Assembly (NCBI RefSeq): GCF_009914755.1
Contig: NC_060936.1
Reading direction: 5' to 3' (one strand)
Source of the DNA: the human T2T-CHM13v2.0 reference genome, Homo sapiens
Length of the DNA: 64,000 bases
Positions 38,090-50,763 of the stretch are shown in pieces (within the stretch, counting starts at the first letter, position 1; every line of letters begins with the position of its first letter). The notes beneath the pieces were generated by a model, which saw only the letters and a program-made list of their open reading frames with translations, was not told the origin of the DNA and made no database searches. The position numbers and the translations under genes were made by a program.

Positions 38090-38420
38090 TTTTAAAAGAA
38101 TTACAGACTGCAGTAAGTGCTGTAGAAAAGATCAACAGGAGGATATGATTAAAAAGATAATATGAGAACACATGTCACTTTAAATAAGGTGGTTGAGAAG
38201 GGCCTCCCTGAGTAGGTGACAATTGAACTGACACCTGAAGGTTGAGAAGGGACTACTTGTAGGAAAATGTGGGGACATTCATTTCAGGCAGAAGAGACAA
38301 AAAGTTCCAAAGCTCTGATGTTGGAGAGAGTTGATTATGTTTGAGGAAAAACAAGGAGGTCAGTGTGGCCTCCTGTAGAGTGAGAGAGGGAAGAACAGCA
38401 GAGATGAGGCAGGAGAAGAG
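38090..38420 (-). mobile_element. L2 fragment
   Basis: ggtggttgagaagggcctccctgagtaggtgacaattgaactgacacctgaagg. Confidence 0.7.
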
Positions 38421-39239
38421 CAGGAGAAGGATTTTAAACTAAATCCCTGGGGAACACTTCAGGTGCTAGTGGAAGCCTCCCCTCCTGGGTCTTCAAGACC
38501 CACAGCAAAAGCCTTAGGCCTCCTTCACTGTAAGAAGCCACCACGGCTGCAGACCAAGCCCACACTTTCAGCTAAAGGTGAGATCAGTGTCTTACAGGCT
38601 GCTCAGAAAACTAAGTTTTTCTACAGCTTATGAAAGCTCCCCCTATTTCTAACCAGAGGTCAAGATCAAGAAGTTGCAGCACACTTTGCAGCATCCAGGG
38701 AACAGGGTCTGCCCTTCCTTAAACACATGTCTTGCCCTAGATCCCATGGTGTTATCAAGCTTTTGAGAGCATCTTGTGACTTAGTAAGGTGGCATGATGT
38801 GGGGCAAAAGAGAGAAAATAGCAATTTCCTGGGGATTTATGACCATATAATTTAGTTTTCCTGCCTGAATCATTGTGTCTTCTCTCTTCCCCCAAGCGTC
38901 CTTCAAAAGTCAATGACTTCAACACTTTGCAAACCTGTCCTGGTCCTACCTTCCCAAGGGGAAGCTCAGAGCACCTCTGTCATTCCTGTTTATTGAATGG
39001 AGCATCAGGGGGCAGTGAGGTCTTGTGAGAAGTTCCCAAAGCCCCCACATTAAAAAGCAATTCTAGGCACCTGGCTGCTTCTAAATGTACATCTTTATTC
39101 ATCTCTACCTTAAAAAAAATGTATCTGTAGGGGAAAGTCAACAGCTTGATTCCCAGAAAATTTCAATGAAGAGATGGACACCACTTCAGACCTTGACAAG
39201 GACAGTGGAAATTGAATTCCAGGAAAGAGAATTATAATA

Positions 39240-39410
39240 GTAGCACTTACACATAAGAATTCTAGAATCAAACAGAACTGAGTTCAGACACCAGATCCTC
39301 TACTTACTATCTGGGAGGCCCTAGGAAATTGATTTTACCTTTCTGAGCTCAAGCTCCCTCATTTGTAAAATCGAAATAATAATACCAATAATTTCATAGG
39401 GTTCTGGAGG
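39240..39410 (+). mobile_element. MIR
   Basis: tacttactatctggg..cctttctgagctcaagctccctcatttgtaaaat. Confidence 0.65.
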
Positions 39411-39559
39411 AGAAGGGAACTACATAAGATTCTGATAGAAGGTAAGCTTCATGACAGCAGGTCCTGAGATTGTGTTATGATTGTAAGGACATGTGTTCCT
39501 TCTATAAATATTGATTGAGTTCATAATCTTATGAGTGAGTGCATATGTGAATAAATAAT

Positions 39560-40370
39560 GAACCAGAGGAAAGGGGATGCTTGTTATGTAGTGGCAGAGT
39601 TTAGCCATACTGTCACCTGTAGTAAAATGGAAATTAAATAATATGTATAGTCTATTCAGTTATCTAAACAAGGGGATTTCCTGGCAAAATATTAAAGATG
39701 ACACCTGGTTCTTCTTGCTGTTTATAGTAAAATGCAAGAGGCAAGAGACAACCTGAAGGAATGACTGATAAACAAAAAGAAGCCAGGGCTTGCTGGTTTT
39801 GAAAATTGCTTGTGTCTCTAGATGGCAAGTGATGCCAAAATTAAGAAAGATATCTGGGCAAAGGTTGAATCCAGGACACTGTCAGGAAATACAATATAAA
39901 GTTGAGGGTGTGACTGTAAAATTCATTATTAATGCCTCATAAAGACCTAAGATAACCAATCAGTCAAACCATGCAACTTTTAATAAGCAAGGGTATTATG
40001 CCTCCACTGCCTTGGGATTCTCAGCAGAAGTTTGAGGTAGAGAAAAGTTTATGCCAATGAGATTCATGAGTGTGGCTTTTTTTTCTAATGGAATGAGCCC
40101 CCAATAAGATTCACAAAAGACCCACAAAATTTTTAAGAGAAATGTATTGGCAGAAACACAGCCCACTTGTATTGAAAGAAGCATAAGCTGCACAAATTAA
40201 AAAGAGGACTTTAGACCCACCCCCACCACATCTACAGAAAAAAGTAAGCTAAAAATACAGCCCATCTTCATGCAGGCTACCTTTATGGAGAAGAAATGAT
40301 GACTGGGTGATAAAACCAAGAGTTCAATAGGTGAAGCCAAGAGCCATGGAGATTTAGTCAGGCCTTGAGT
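39560..40370 (+). mobile_element. MLT1 internal region (MaLR-int remnant)
   Basis: ggaaaggggatgcttgttatgtagtggcagagtttagc ... cctggttcttcttgctgtttatagtaaaatgcaagagg. Confidence 0.7.
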
Positions 40371-40849
40371 CTTGTTGAGTAATAAACAGCTAGATTATCT
40401 GCACATAAGTAGACAAAATTTGCCTAGATATGACTGCTTAACTCAAAAATTTTAAATCAATAAAATTCATCTTTTAAAGTGAGTTTCTTGAATTAGAAAA
40501 GAAAGTCACTGAAGCCATGGAGGGAACATTTGTGGCAAAGCGTCAGCCATCCTGAACTCCTCCCTCCTCACTGTTAATCCGTGAGGTGTTAAGATCATGC
40601 ATGGCTAAAGGAATCCCAATGAACAGACCTGGCCAATCTGAGTCCTGCATTCCTCTGGTCAGGGTGTTGGTCAGGGGTGGGGGACATATGGCTCCATCTG
40701 TCAATGAGATAGCAAGAGGTTTTACAGAGACTTCTGGGACAGGGTCAAATTCTCCTTCCCACTGGCCTCAGTATTGAAAAGGCACAGGAGTAGGAGCCAC
40801 CATTAAGATTACTCGAGCACAGAGGAGGAACAAAAGGAGAAAAAGGCTT

Positions 40850-41230
40850 CATAGTGGAGGTAACATGAGTTGCGTCTTGATGACTAATTTAGTAGGCAAA
40901 CAAAGTAGGGGAGAAGAGAACTCCATGAAGAGGGAAGAGTGTGAACAAGGGCTAGGAGGATTCAGACAGCATAGAGTGTTTCATGGAAATAGAACATCCT
41001 GGCTGAAGGGAAAGGAGCATGTGGAGGTAGGATGAGAGATGAGACAGGAGCAGGCCTCAGGCCTAATTATGAAAAGCCTTGTAAGCCACGTAGGTGACTT
41101 TGGAATTGAGGGCTCTGGGAAGGGCACAGTCAGGCTTTATTTTTTGTTTTTGTTTTTGTGTTTTGTTTTGTTTTGTTTTGTTTTTTGTTTTAGAAAGATC
41201 ACTCTGGCTACTCCCTGGTGGAATGACTAG
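40850..41230 (-). mobile_element. L2 fragment containing (TTTTG)n at 41138-41191
   Basis: ttttagaaagatcactctggct. Confidence 0.55.
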
Positions 41231-41404
41231 AGGAGTCTTGCATAGTCTATATTCATCTTAAATAGCCTTCAAGACCACAGACTATGAGGGCCAGAACTTT
41301 GTGGGTGGGGCCCCGAGGACAGGTCCTTGAGACCGAAAATCTGGGAATGCAACTTGTTTGAATTGAAGTCTTCAGTGGCCTCATCACATACAGCCTCTTG
41401 GCAT

Positions 41405-41865
41405 CTGATTTAGTTTAGGTTCTCCAAGAAGCAGACCCTGAGACAGATTTGGGCACAGTTATTTATCTGGGAAGTGACCCTAAAAAGCACTGGTAGGAAA
41501 GTGGGGAAATAAGATAGGGAAGGATAGAAGCCAATAGATAGGGCATTGATGAGCAGGGCAGAGGTGACTGGGGCTCAGTCCCACTGGGTACTTCTGGGAG
41601 ACAGTGTAGAATATGCTCAGAGTGGTCTCACTTGGAAGGTGAGGGAACTAGGGTATTTATCCACAAACTAACCGTCCTTGCTTGGTTTGAAGGGCTGTGT
41701 CTCCCCAGCATTTCTGGCCAGTCCCATTGCAGACTGAGTATGCATATGGCTGAAGAATGCCTTCAGACAGGAAGACTCAGGTGCTGGCCACAGAAGTCTG
41801 TGAGCATGTTCAGGGTCCATGAATGCTGGAGGGCTGCAGGTGGGACACCAACAGCATTTGCTACA
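41405..41865 (-). mobile_element. LTR16-group ERVL LTR
   Basis: agtttaggttctccaagaagcagaccctgagac...gggtatttatccacaaact. Confidence 0.7.
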
Positions 41866-41989
41866 GGAGGCATGAATGATTCTTGACATTGAAGGAAGGA
41901 AAAGAAAAGGAAGGGAGGGAGAGCAAACAAGAGGTAGAACAGAAGAATGTAAACAGGAAAGAAAAGAAAGAGAAAGGAAGGAAAAAGGA

Positions 41990-42170
41990 CTATTTACTGA
42001 GCACTTACTATTTACCAGGCATTATAACAGAAGTCTTCATTTATCTTATTTAAATTTCACTGTGCTGTGAGGAGAAACTGATTGTCCTGTTTTCCAGATA
42101 AGATATAAAGGCTTGGATAGGCTGAAATAAACGACAAACAGATCTGGAGTTAAAACTCATGACCCCAAAT
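41990..42170 (-). mobile_element. MIR with GA-rich flank (41890-41987)
   Basis: tatttactgagcacttactatttaccaggca. Confidence 0.6.
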
Positions 42171-42746
42171 TCTGAAAAAATTATCATCCTTCTTACTCTT
42201 CGGTGTGATGTGGGGTTGACACGTCTGGAAATGCAGGCCCCAGGCTGCAGTCCCATGGTCACATGACACTCGGCTGGTGGTAGCAGATGTGCTCTGTCAG
42301 ACCCGTTGACCCTGCAGGAATAATTTATGCCTGAGGTTTTTCTTATTTGAAAATAACTGGCTGATGGATGGTGCTAAATGAAGACCATCTGCAGATGTGA
42401 ATTATTTAACGGCAGGAGCATTTTTCGGGTGCAGGGAAACTCACTGGGGCCCAAGCAAGGGGCCTGGATCCACTCTCTTGTGACCCATCACATCCCAATC
42501 AGAGAGTGGAAATACTCTTGGGGGAATAGATTTGAAATTTCCCAGAAGCAGCCCTGCCCCACCCCTGCCTCCCACACAGTCCCCCAGCTTCTCTGTCATG
42601 ATTACTCACAGATGACCTGGATGAAATCATCTCATAAGGGAGTTATTGGGGAGAGAAGCGATGCCACTGACAAGGTATGTGAGCTTGGGCAGGGGCAGGT
42701 CACATTACCTCTTCAAGCCTCAGTTTCCTTATCTGTAAAATAGGCA

Positions 42747-43144
42747 TGATATGGTTTGGGTCTGTGTTCCCACCCAAATCTCATGTCAAATTATAATTCC
42801 CAGTGTTGGAGGTGGGGCCTGGTGGGAGGTGGTTGGATCATGGGGGTAGAGTTCTCATGAATGGTTTAGTGCTGTCCTCGAGATAGAGTTCTCAGGAAAT
42901 CTGGTTGCTGAAAAGTACGTATTACCTCCCCCCACTTGCTCTTCCTCCCGCTCCCACCACATAAGATGTCTGCTCCTACTCTGCCTTCTGCCATGATTGG
43001 AAGCCCCCTGAGGCCTCTCCAGAAGCAGATGCTGCCATGCTTCCTGTACATCCTACGGAATTGTGAGCCAATTAAACCTTTTTTCTTTATAAATTACCCG
43101 GTCTTATGTATTTATTCATAGCAATGCAAGAATGGACCAATACA
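42747..43144 (+). mobile_element. MSTA solo LTR
   Basis: tgatatggtttgggtctgtgttcccacccaaatctcatgtcaaatt ... gcaatgcaagaatggaccaataca. Confidence 0.92.
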
Positions 43145-43150
43145 AGGGAT

Positions 43151-43647
43151 TATATTAGGGATCTCCAGAGAAGCAGAACCAATGGTGGAGAGAAAGGGAG
43201 AGAGAGAGAGACAGAGGGAGAGAGAGAGAGAGAGAGAAATTGGTTCACATGATTAGGGAGGCTTAGCAGGCCTACAATCTGCCATCTGCAAGTTGGAAAC
43301 CCAGAAAATTTGGCAATGTACTTCAGCCCAAGTCCAAAGCCCTGAAAACCAGAAACACCAATGGTGTAAGTCTCAGTCTGAGGGCAGGAAGAAACTGATG
43401 TCCCAGCTCAAGCACTCAGGCAGAGAGCAAATTCAACCTTTCTTGGCTTTTGTGTTCTAGTCAGGCCCTCAGTGGGTTGGCTTATGCCCACCCACCTCCG
43501 GAAGGGCAATGTGCTTTATTCAGTTCACCTATTTAAACACTAATCTCTTCCAGAAACATCCTCACAGGCACACCCAGAAATAATGTTTAACCAGATTATC
43601 AGCATCTTTTAGTCCAGCCAAATTGACACACAAAATGAACCTTCTCA
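43151..43647 (-). mobile_element. MLT2B/C-like ERVL LTR with internal (GA)n
   Basis: attagggatctccagagaagcagaaccaat ... cacacccagaaataatgtttaaccag..aattgacacacaaaat. Confidence 0.85.
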
Positions 43648-43689
43648 GGGATCATTAGGACTTAACTGAAAAATCCATGAGTCAATACA

Positions 43690-44144
43690 TGAGTTACAGA
43701 CCCTCTGGAGCCCACCCATATCCCCTTGCCCTCACCACTTCAGGGCACATTGGCCCAATTCTGTTGTCAGCACCTGAGGGCTTTCTCAGGTCCAAGGTTG
43801 GCCTGAAGTGCTGGGGCATCGGTGCCTCCTAGCAACATCCTCAATGATCAAATACCAAAGCTCCCCAACTCCTCAGGTAAGATAACTCTGAGGCATGTTT
43901 TCCACACAGTTTCCCAGAGCCTCCCAGTGGGATTGGGCTCCAGCCACCCACAGTGATGACTGGTTTAATAATGGATGCATTTTAGGCTTCTTCCCTTCCT
44001 TGTCTCACTTCCCTGTTCCCCTTCTGTTTCCCTCATTTCCCATATAAACTTATATATATATACACATATACATATATAAACTCATTTCCCATATTAACAA
44101 ATCCTTGTCTCCAGCTTTGCTTCCAGGGGAACCCAAGCTAAGAT
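43690..44144 (+). mobile_element. LTR16-group ERVL LTR
   Basis: ctcccagtgggattgggctccag ... tgcttccaggggaacccaagctaaga. Confidence 0.6.
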
Positions 44145-44744
44145 ATCATTTCAGTTGCTGTTGTTGTTTTATGAGGTTTAGAATCCTAGGGAATAGACAA
44201 CACCCATATTCTGTGTGGGTCCAGAAGTCAGAGCCAGCATTAACCTGGAGGAGCTTCAGGGAGGCAGATTCAGCCTCTACAGAAGAAAAGCCCCTCTTCA
44301 CTCCCCCTAGGCAAGATCACACGAAGGAATAACTGTTGTAAGTGATGCCCATGTGGTGCTGATGCTGTTACACAACTGAGACCCCTGCAGGGCTCAGGAC
44401 TGAGACCCCTAGGCTCACCTGACTCCATGATCTACCTTGATCACTGAGCCTGCACTGGCAGCTCTCACTAGACCTGCCCTGGCTCCATTTTCAGTCATCA
44501 CCCTACATGGGGCCCAGCCTGGCTATGGATGGTGCTGGCCCCTCATTAAAGTACCTGATGGGGAGAGAGGAAGAAGAGCAGATGATGGAAGGATAGCTGC
44601 TAGCTAGTAGGAGGACATTACAGTGAAACCCCAGGGGAACTAAGGGACACTAGTCACCAGCTTGGAGGGCAGCCCAGAAGAATGCTGGCTGGGGCATGGA
44701 AATTTGTGCCAAGACTGGTCAAGCCCTCCCTAATCCTCCTCTTC

Positions 44745-45284
44745 CACCACCATCATCACCACCACCATCATCACAATCATTATCATGATCACTACCACCA
44801 CCATCATCATCACCATTATCACCACTACCAACACTATCATGATCATCACTATCACCATTATTATCATCCCCATCATCATTATCATTTCAGCCATCACCAC
44901 CATCATCAGCACTATCCCCACCATCACCATCAACATCAGCATCACTATTATCACCACCACCATTATCACAACCATCATCATTATCACCACCACCATTATC
45001 ACCATTACCACCACAATCACTATCACTACCACCATCATCACCATCACCATTATTATCATCCCCATCATTATTATCATTACGACTATCACCACCATCATCA
45101 CCACTATCCCCACTATTACAGTCATCATCATCATCACTATCATCACCATCACCATTATCACAACCATCATCATTATCATCACCACCATTATCACCATTAC
45201 TACCGCTATCATCACCATCATAATCACCACAATGACCACCATCATCACCATCATCCTCATCATCACCACCACCATCATCATCAT
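44745..45284. repeat. degenerate (CAT/CAC/TAT)n trinucleotide repeat, about 180 triplets
   Basis: Directly visible; gives the poly-His ORF 44682-45347. Confidence 0.97.
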
Positions 45285-45760
45285 GGCAGTATTACTCATT
45301 TTTATGAGCTTGACACTGTAAATGAAGTATCTCTATCCCTATCATAACCCTGCCTCTAAGGACTGTTAGTTACTCTCATTTTACCAAGGAGGAAACTGAG
45401 GGTCATACAGGTAAAAAATCATTCCTAAAGTCATCACAATCACAAAATACAATCAAAATACCTGGTTTGAGGTAGGTTCAAACCAGATCCAGCTGGTGTC
45501 AAAATCCATGATCTTTCAAACACCCTCCATATTCATCCATTCATTCAAAAAAACACATCAATCTGTTGAGCACCTACTATGTGCTGGTCACTCTATTGTA
45601 TTATGCCCAATCCTCTGAATAGCCCTGAAAAGTTACCCAGAAGATTGAGGCTCAGAGGGGTAAAGAGACTTGTCCAAAGCCACACAGCTGGTGAGTGCCA
45701 GAAGTAGATTCAAACCCAGGTCTGTATGGCTTTAAAGCCTGAACTTTTGCAACTTCATGG
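45285..45760 (-). mobile_element. MIR/L2 fragments
   Basis: cattttaccaaggaggaaactgagg; gaggctcagaggggtaaagagacttgtccaaagccacacagct. Confidence 0.7.
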
Positions 45761-45939
45761 TCTTTCATTCACTCATTCATCCTTCATTAATGAATGAATT
45801 AATCAGGCAAATATCCATTTTACAATGCCCACTTTCTGCTAGCTGCCTGGACACACCTTCTGGGGGCCTCCTTTGTGGTAGGGTTTTGGGGTAACAAGCA
45901 AGGGCACACAGAGCTCAAACAGAAGTTTGGGGAGGCATA

Positions 45940-47440
45940 TGCTCAAAAAGACCAGAGAAAGTGCTCTGTGAATTGAAAGATCACTTCTAGCTGGGGAAAA
46001 TCAAGGCAGGCTTCCTGGAGGAGGAGGGTGTCTGGGCTGGGCCCTGAAGAGTGAAGAGGCATTTCCCACAATGAAATAAGAAAGAAAAGCATTCTAGGCA
46101 AAACGACCAGCACAAGAAAAAACATGGGGCTGGGAAGTTGGTGGGGGATGGTACAAACAAGGATTGGATTGGTTAGGCTGGAGGGTGGGGCAAATACAAG
46201 AGTAAAAATGGAAGCTGGACAAGAGGTCGGGAAGGTTCATGGGGGCTGGGGGCCAATTGTGCAGGGTGTTCGATGTCAGCCCGAAGGAGCCTGGGACTTC
46301 ATTTCACTGGCAAAAAGCAGCCATTGAGGGCTGTTAAGATTAGGAACATGAGAGCAGCTGGGGTTTCTGACTCCCCGCAGTGCACAGAGGGCAGACTCCA
46401 GCAGGGAGACCTATTATAGAAATCTTTGTAGGAGGCTGCTACAATAGTCCACGTGAGACTCGGGGCTCAGACTGGGACAATGAGTTGGGAAAGGGCAGCT
46501 ATAAGTGGAGAAGCTTCCTAAGCTGCAATGTGCCTGCACCAAGAAGGGGCTGATGACCTCCACCACCAGGTTGCATGGCCTCCCAGTTTGATATGCACAG
46601 AGGAGAGGAGGTGGGGCTGGTTCTGTGAGTTTCCAAAACTAGAAGGTCCTTGCACTGGTGCATTCCATTTTTGTGAGCCTCCATTTCCTCAACTATAAAA
46701 TGAGAATGGTAACATCCACCTTAGCTTTCCACTTTTATTATTGTTATTATTATTATCATCATCATCATCAGTATTATCAGGAACCACTGGTATCATACAT
46801 TCTGAAACACTCATTTTTTAGATTATGTTACAAACATTTATTGAGCACCTACTGTGTGCCAGGAACTGAGGATATAATGAGTAAATAAGCATCAGTTCCT
46901 GACCTTGCAAAGTTAAACATCTAGGAGAAAGGCCAGAGCATTTGACAAATGATGTGTGATCCAGTGAGGGTCTTCATGGGGACATCGGGAAAGATTCTCA
47001 AAAATAAATTGACTTGAACCAAGCAAAGAGGGAGATGGTGTTCCTGGCAAAGGGAACAGCATGTGCAAAAGCCTGGAGGCTCCAATAGTGACAAAGCTTA
47101 GTCAAGAAAGTTAAAGACATCCCTTTTGCCTAAATCATAAGGTGAAAGGCACTGAGGCAGAGATGGAGAGAGGGCAAGAACTAAGGTTGGAAAGGTCAGG
47201 AGGGGCCAGATCACAAAGGGCCTTGTAGATCTTTATCAGAGGTCTGGGATTTATCCACGGCAATAGGGAGCCATAGAGGGCTATAAACAGAAGAGAGACA
47301 GATTGCCCTTTGGGAAGATCAGCCTGGCTGCAGGGTAGAGCACAGGTTGCTGGGGGGTAATAGTGGAAACAGAATGATGAGTAGAAGATGATGAACTGAA
47401 AGTGGCAAAGGCTTGCAGGGTTTGAGAATGTTTTGGAGGA
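45940..47440 (-). mobile_element. L2 fragments (with a short MIR and TAT/CAT tract at about 46670-46780)
   Basis: aaacatttattgagcacctactgtgtgccagg; gttcctggcaaagggaacagcatgtgcaaaagcctggagg. Confidence 0.7.
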
Positions 47441-48239
47441 TCTCTTCTTCAACAGCCAGTTGGGGGGAAAATAATTAAACTCATGGCCATCACTGTTTTT
47501 ATAAACTAAAGCACAAGAAATGGGAAGGCCAGTATTGGGCACTCTGACCATATGTCCATTTTCTTGTACCCCATCACTACCCTATGGCTCTGTCTGGAGT
47601 AGACAGAGAGGACAGGCTGACCTGGGTCACCCAACTCCCTCCAACCACTGGCCAAGAAATAATTGCATTTCTTAGCTCCCAAAGGCAGCCAACCCAGATG
47701 AAGGGGACCCAGAGTCAATAGCAGTGCCTGGAGGTACTCCTGAGTTAATTGGGAGCATGCAGGATGCGCCATTTCTCTGTTTTCATCTTGATGGATCTAA
47801 TTAGACTAGCAGTGACCATACTAAATGGACTGACCCCAGCAGACTGAGGCCATGGCCAGATGTCCCGGGACGCAGGCACAGAGCAGTCTCTGCAGAGATA
47901 ACTGTCTTTCTAAAAAGAGAGCGGCGGGGGAGGGGGAGAAGTGCAGCTGGGGCTTACTGGACACATGTAACCTGGAGAAGTCAGAGTTCCATGGTCACAA
48001 CAATGGAGTCATGTCAGGGTACACCAAGATGCATTAGGTATTTCTGGAGCTTCCACTTACTGTGTAAGTGGGTGTGTTGGGTGCTGGGAGACAGCTGTGG
48101 ATGAGACAGACTTGGCTCTACCCTCCCAGAGATGACAGTCTGGCAGGGAGACAGGTATAGTCAAATGGTCACACTTCAGAGGAAATAATAATCGTGGCAC
48201 AGCAGCAAAGGAGAGGACCCAGGGCTGCAAGAAGGAGTC

Positions 48240-48597
48240 TGTATTAGTCTGTTTTCACATGGCTATAAAGAATACCTGACACAGGGTAATTTATAAAGGA
48301 AGAGGTTTAATTGACTAACAGTTCAACATGGCTGGGGAGGCCTCAGGAAACTTAACAATCACGGCAGAAGGCAAAGGGGAAGCAAAGCAGGTCTTACATG
48401 GCAGTAGGAGGAGAAGGCAAAGGAAGCCGCACACTTTTAAACCATCAGATCTCGTGAGAACTCCCTCACTATCATGGGAACAGCATGGGGGAACCACCCC
48501 CATGATCCAATCACCTCCCACCAGGACCCTTCCTCGACATGTAGGGATGACAATTTGAGATGAGATTTGGGTGGGAACACAGAGCCAAATCGTATCA
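48240..48597 (-). mobile_element. THE1C/D solo LTR
   Basis: TG...CA ends with perfect 5-bp TSD GAGTC (48235-48239 and 48598-48602). Confidence 0.93.
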
Positions 48598-48609
48598 GAG
48601 TCCTAAGAA

Positions 48610-48810
48610 CTGTCGCTGACTGAGCTCTTAGCCCACATGTGTATTAACATGTAATTGTTCATTACAACAACCCTAAGAGGCAGGTTTTATTATTGTCAGC
48701 CCCATTTTGCAGAGGAGGAAGCTGATGCCCAGAGAGGGGAAGTAACTTTTCCAAGGCTGCCCAGCTGGGAAGTGGGAGCACTGGGATTTGAAGCAGGTGT
48801 TCCAGCTCCA
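48610..48810 (-). mobile_element. MIR
   Basis: ccccattttgcagaggaggaagctgatgcccagagagg. Confidence 0.75.
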
Positions 48811-50199
48811 CAATCTAGGAGTCAAACCAGAAGGAGAGGGCTGCGCAAAGGCCCTGGGAAGGGAAGGGGCCTGAATAGGGAAGAAACCACCAGCAGGTGG
48901 GAGAGCAAGAGGACAGAGTCGGAGGGGTTGGGGTACAGTCAGGGCCAGCCCACACAGTCACATCCGGGACACACATCTTTATTTTGAGGGCAGTGTGGAA
49001 CCACAAAAAGATTTTAAGCAGGGGAGGGATGTCATCAGCTTTGATTCTTAAACCCCTTTACCCCAAACCTGGCCCCCAAGCAGAGGCAGCAGGTCAGAAA
49101 CAGAACATACATTTGACAGATGAGGAGCTTGAGGCCAAAGAAATGGGGTGCCTCAACATCCAGCCGAGTCAGACAGAAATGAGCCATGATAGCAGCTCTC
49201 CCTCTGGCATCCCCCACCCCGGGATTCTCCAGAGAGAAGAGGCTAGAGAGACTTGAGGAGGTCCACTAGCTGGGTGACCTTGGGCAAGCCCCTTGACCTC
49301 TCTGTGCTCCCACTTCCCTTTCTGTAAAATGGGGACATAGGGTGACCATCAAAGACTGTTCTAGTTCTGACCTGCCCAGGTCACATGGCTTCTTTCTTTC
49401 CCTTTCTGTTCTTCCTTCCATCTATTCTATAGAAAGCACCTACTGAGTGCCAGGCACTGCACCTGTACCAACCCCACCGTGGGAAGAAGATCGTGGACCA
49501 TGTTGGGGTTATTTCATGTCCCTACATTGTGCCCCTGACAAAGGAGGTACCCAGCACCTGCCAAGTTCACCCAGAACTCCCGCCTCACACCACCCTCATG
49601 CCACCCGCTCCAACAGCTGTGGCCGCAGCAGGCCTTCCATTTCCACACACAATCATTTTCCTTCTGATGAAAACAGATGGAGAAACTTGGAAGGAAACAC
49701 AGCCCAGGTCCTGCCCCGGAGCTCATGGCTCTGGGATGGGAAGAGGGCCAGAGCTCATTCCAACACCAGCTGCCTCGAGCAGCTCCAGCCTCTGAGGCCA
49801 GCTTCCCTGGAGACTTCAAGTGCCTTCTCTGCAGACCTTGGGGAGCTCAGATTGCACTTCCTTTAGCTCCAGTCTCTCCAAGCCTGGCTTCTCCTCCTGC
49901 TCACACAGCCCCAACTCCCTTGGCAGGCGCCCGGTGCAGCCTCCATGCATCTCTCTCTCCAAGGACTTCAAGGCCCCCTGGCCCACCCCCACAAACCTCC
50001 ACCCACCCCTAGATGCAGGAGCGCAAGAATGTCCGCTTCCATAGGAGCCCCAGCTTAGAACAAACACTGCTCACAGGGTGATCTAGGGTGGACATTTATA
50101 AACCATTATAAAAAGTTTTAAAATGAACAGACTTTTCAACCCAACATTTTTTTCCTAGAAATTTATCTTACAGAAATATTTGCCCAAGTATGTAGTCAT

Positions 50200-50539
50200 G
50201 TACTTATCTATAATTTAAAAATCCAAGAAGCTCTGAAAATTGAATGTGTTTCCATCCTAAGTTTGGAGCCAACACTTACTTGGCACGAAACCCTCCCTGA
50301 AGAAACGTGAGGCTATTTATAGTCTTTATTTATGCCACTTAGTGGGTATATTTATGTGTTGCACTGAAGAATTTATCCATGTGTTTGATTATAGGATGCT
50401 GCTCTGAGCCCCCTCCAATCTCTGGTTTTATTACATAGTATATGATATATATACCTTAAAACCCACCTAAAATCTATAAACACTGAATCCCAAAATACAG
50501 GTGGCTCCAGGTGGTTGGATAAGGGATTGTGGACCTGTA
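50200..50539 (-). mobile_element. MER46C-like TcMar-Tigger MITE inside an old L1ME fragment
   Basis: gtgaggctatttatagtctttattta..ccacttagtg ... ggataagggattgtggacctgta. Confidence 0.7.
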
Positions 50540-50763
50540 CTAGCAAACAGTGGAGATTACCTAGAAGTCCACCCATCAGGAACTAGTTAACAAACTAGGA
50601 CCCACCCATACAATGGGGTTGCATTATCAATACTAAAGGGTCACTGCCAACCCTCTCAGGCAGATTCTGTCATCATGTCAATTGTACAGATGAGAACACT
50701 GAGGCTGAGAAGTCACTTTCCCAAGAAAGATTATGCTAATATAGAAAGAATAAGGTAGTGCTG

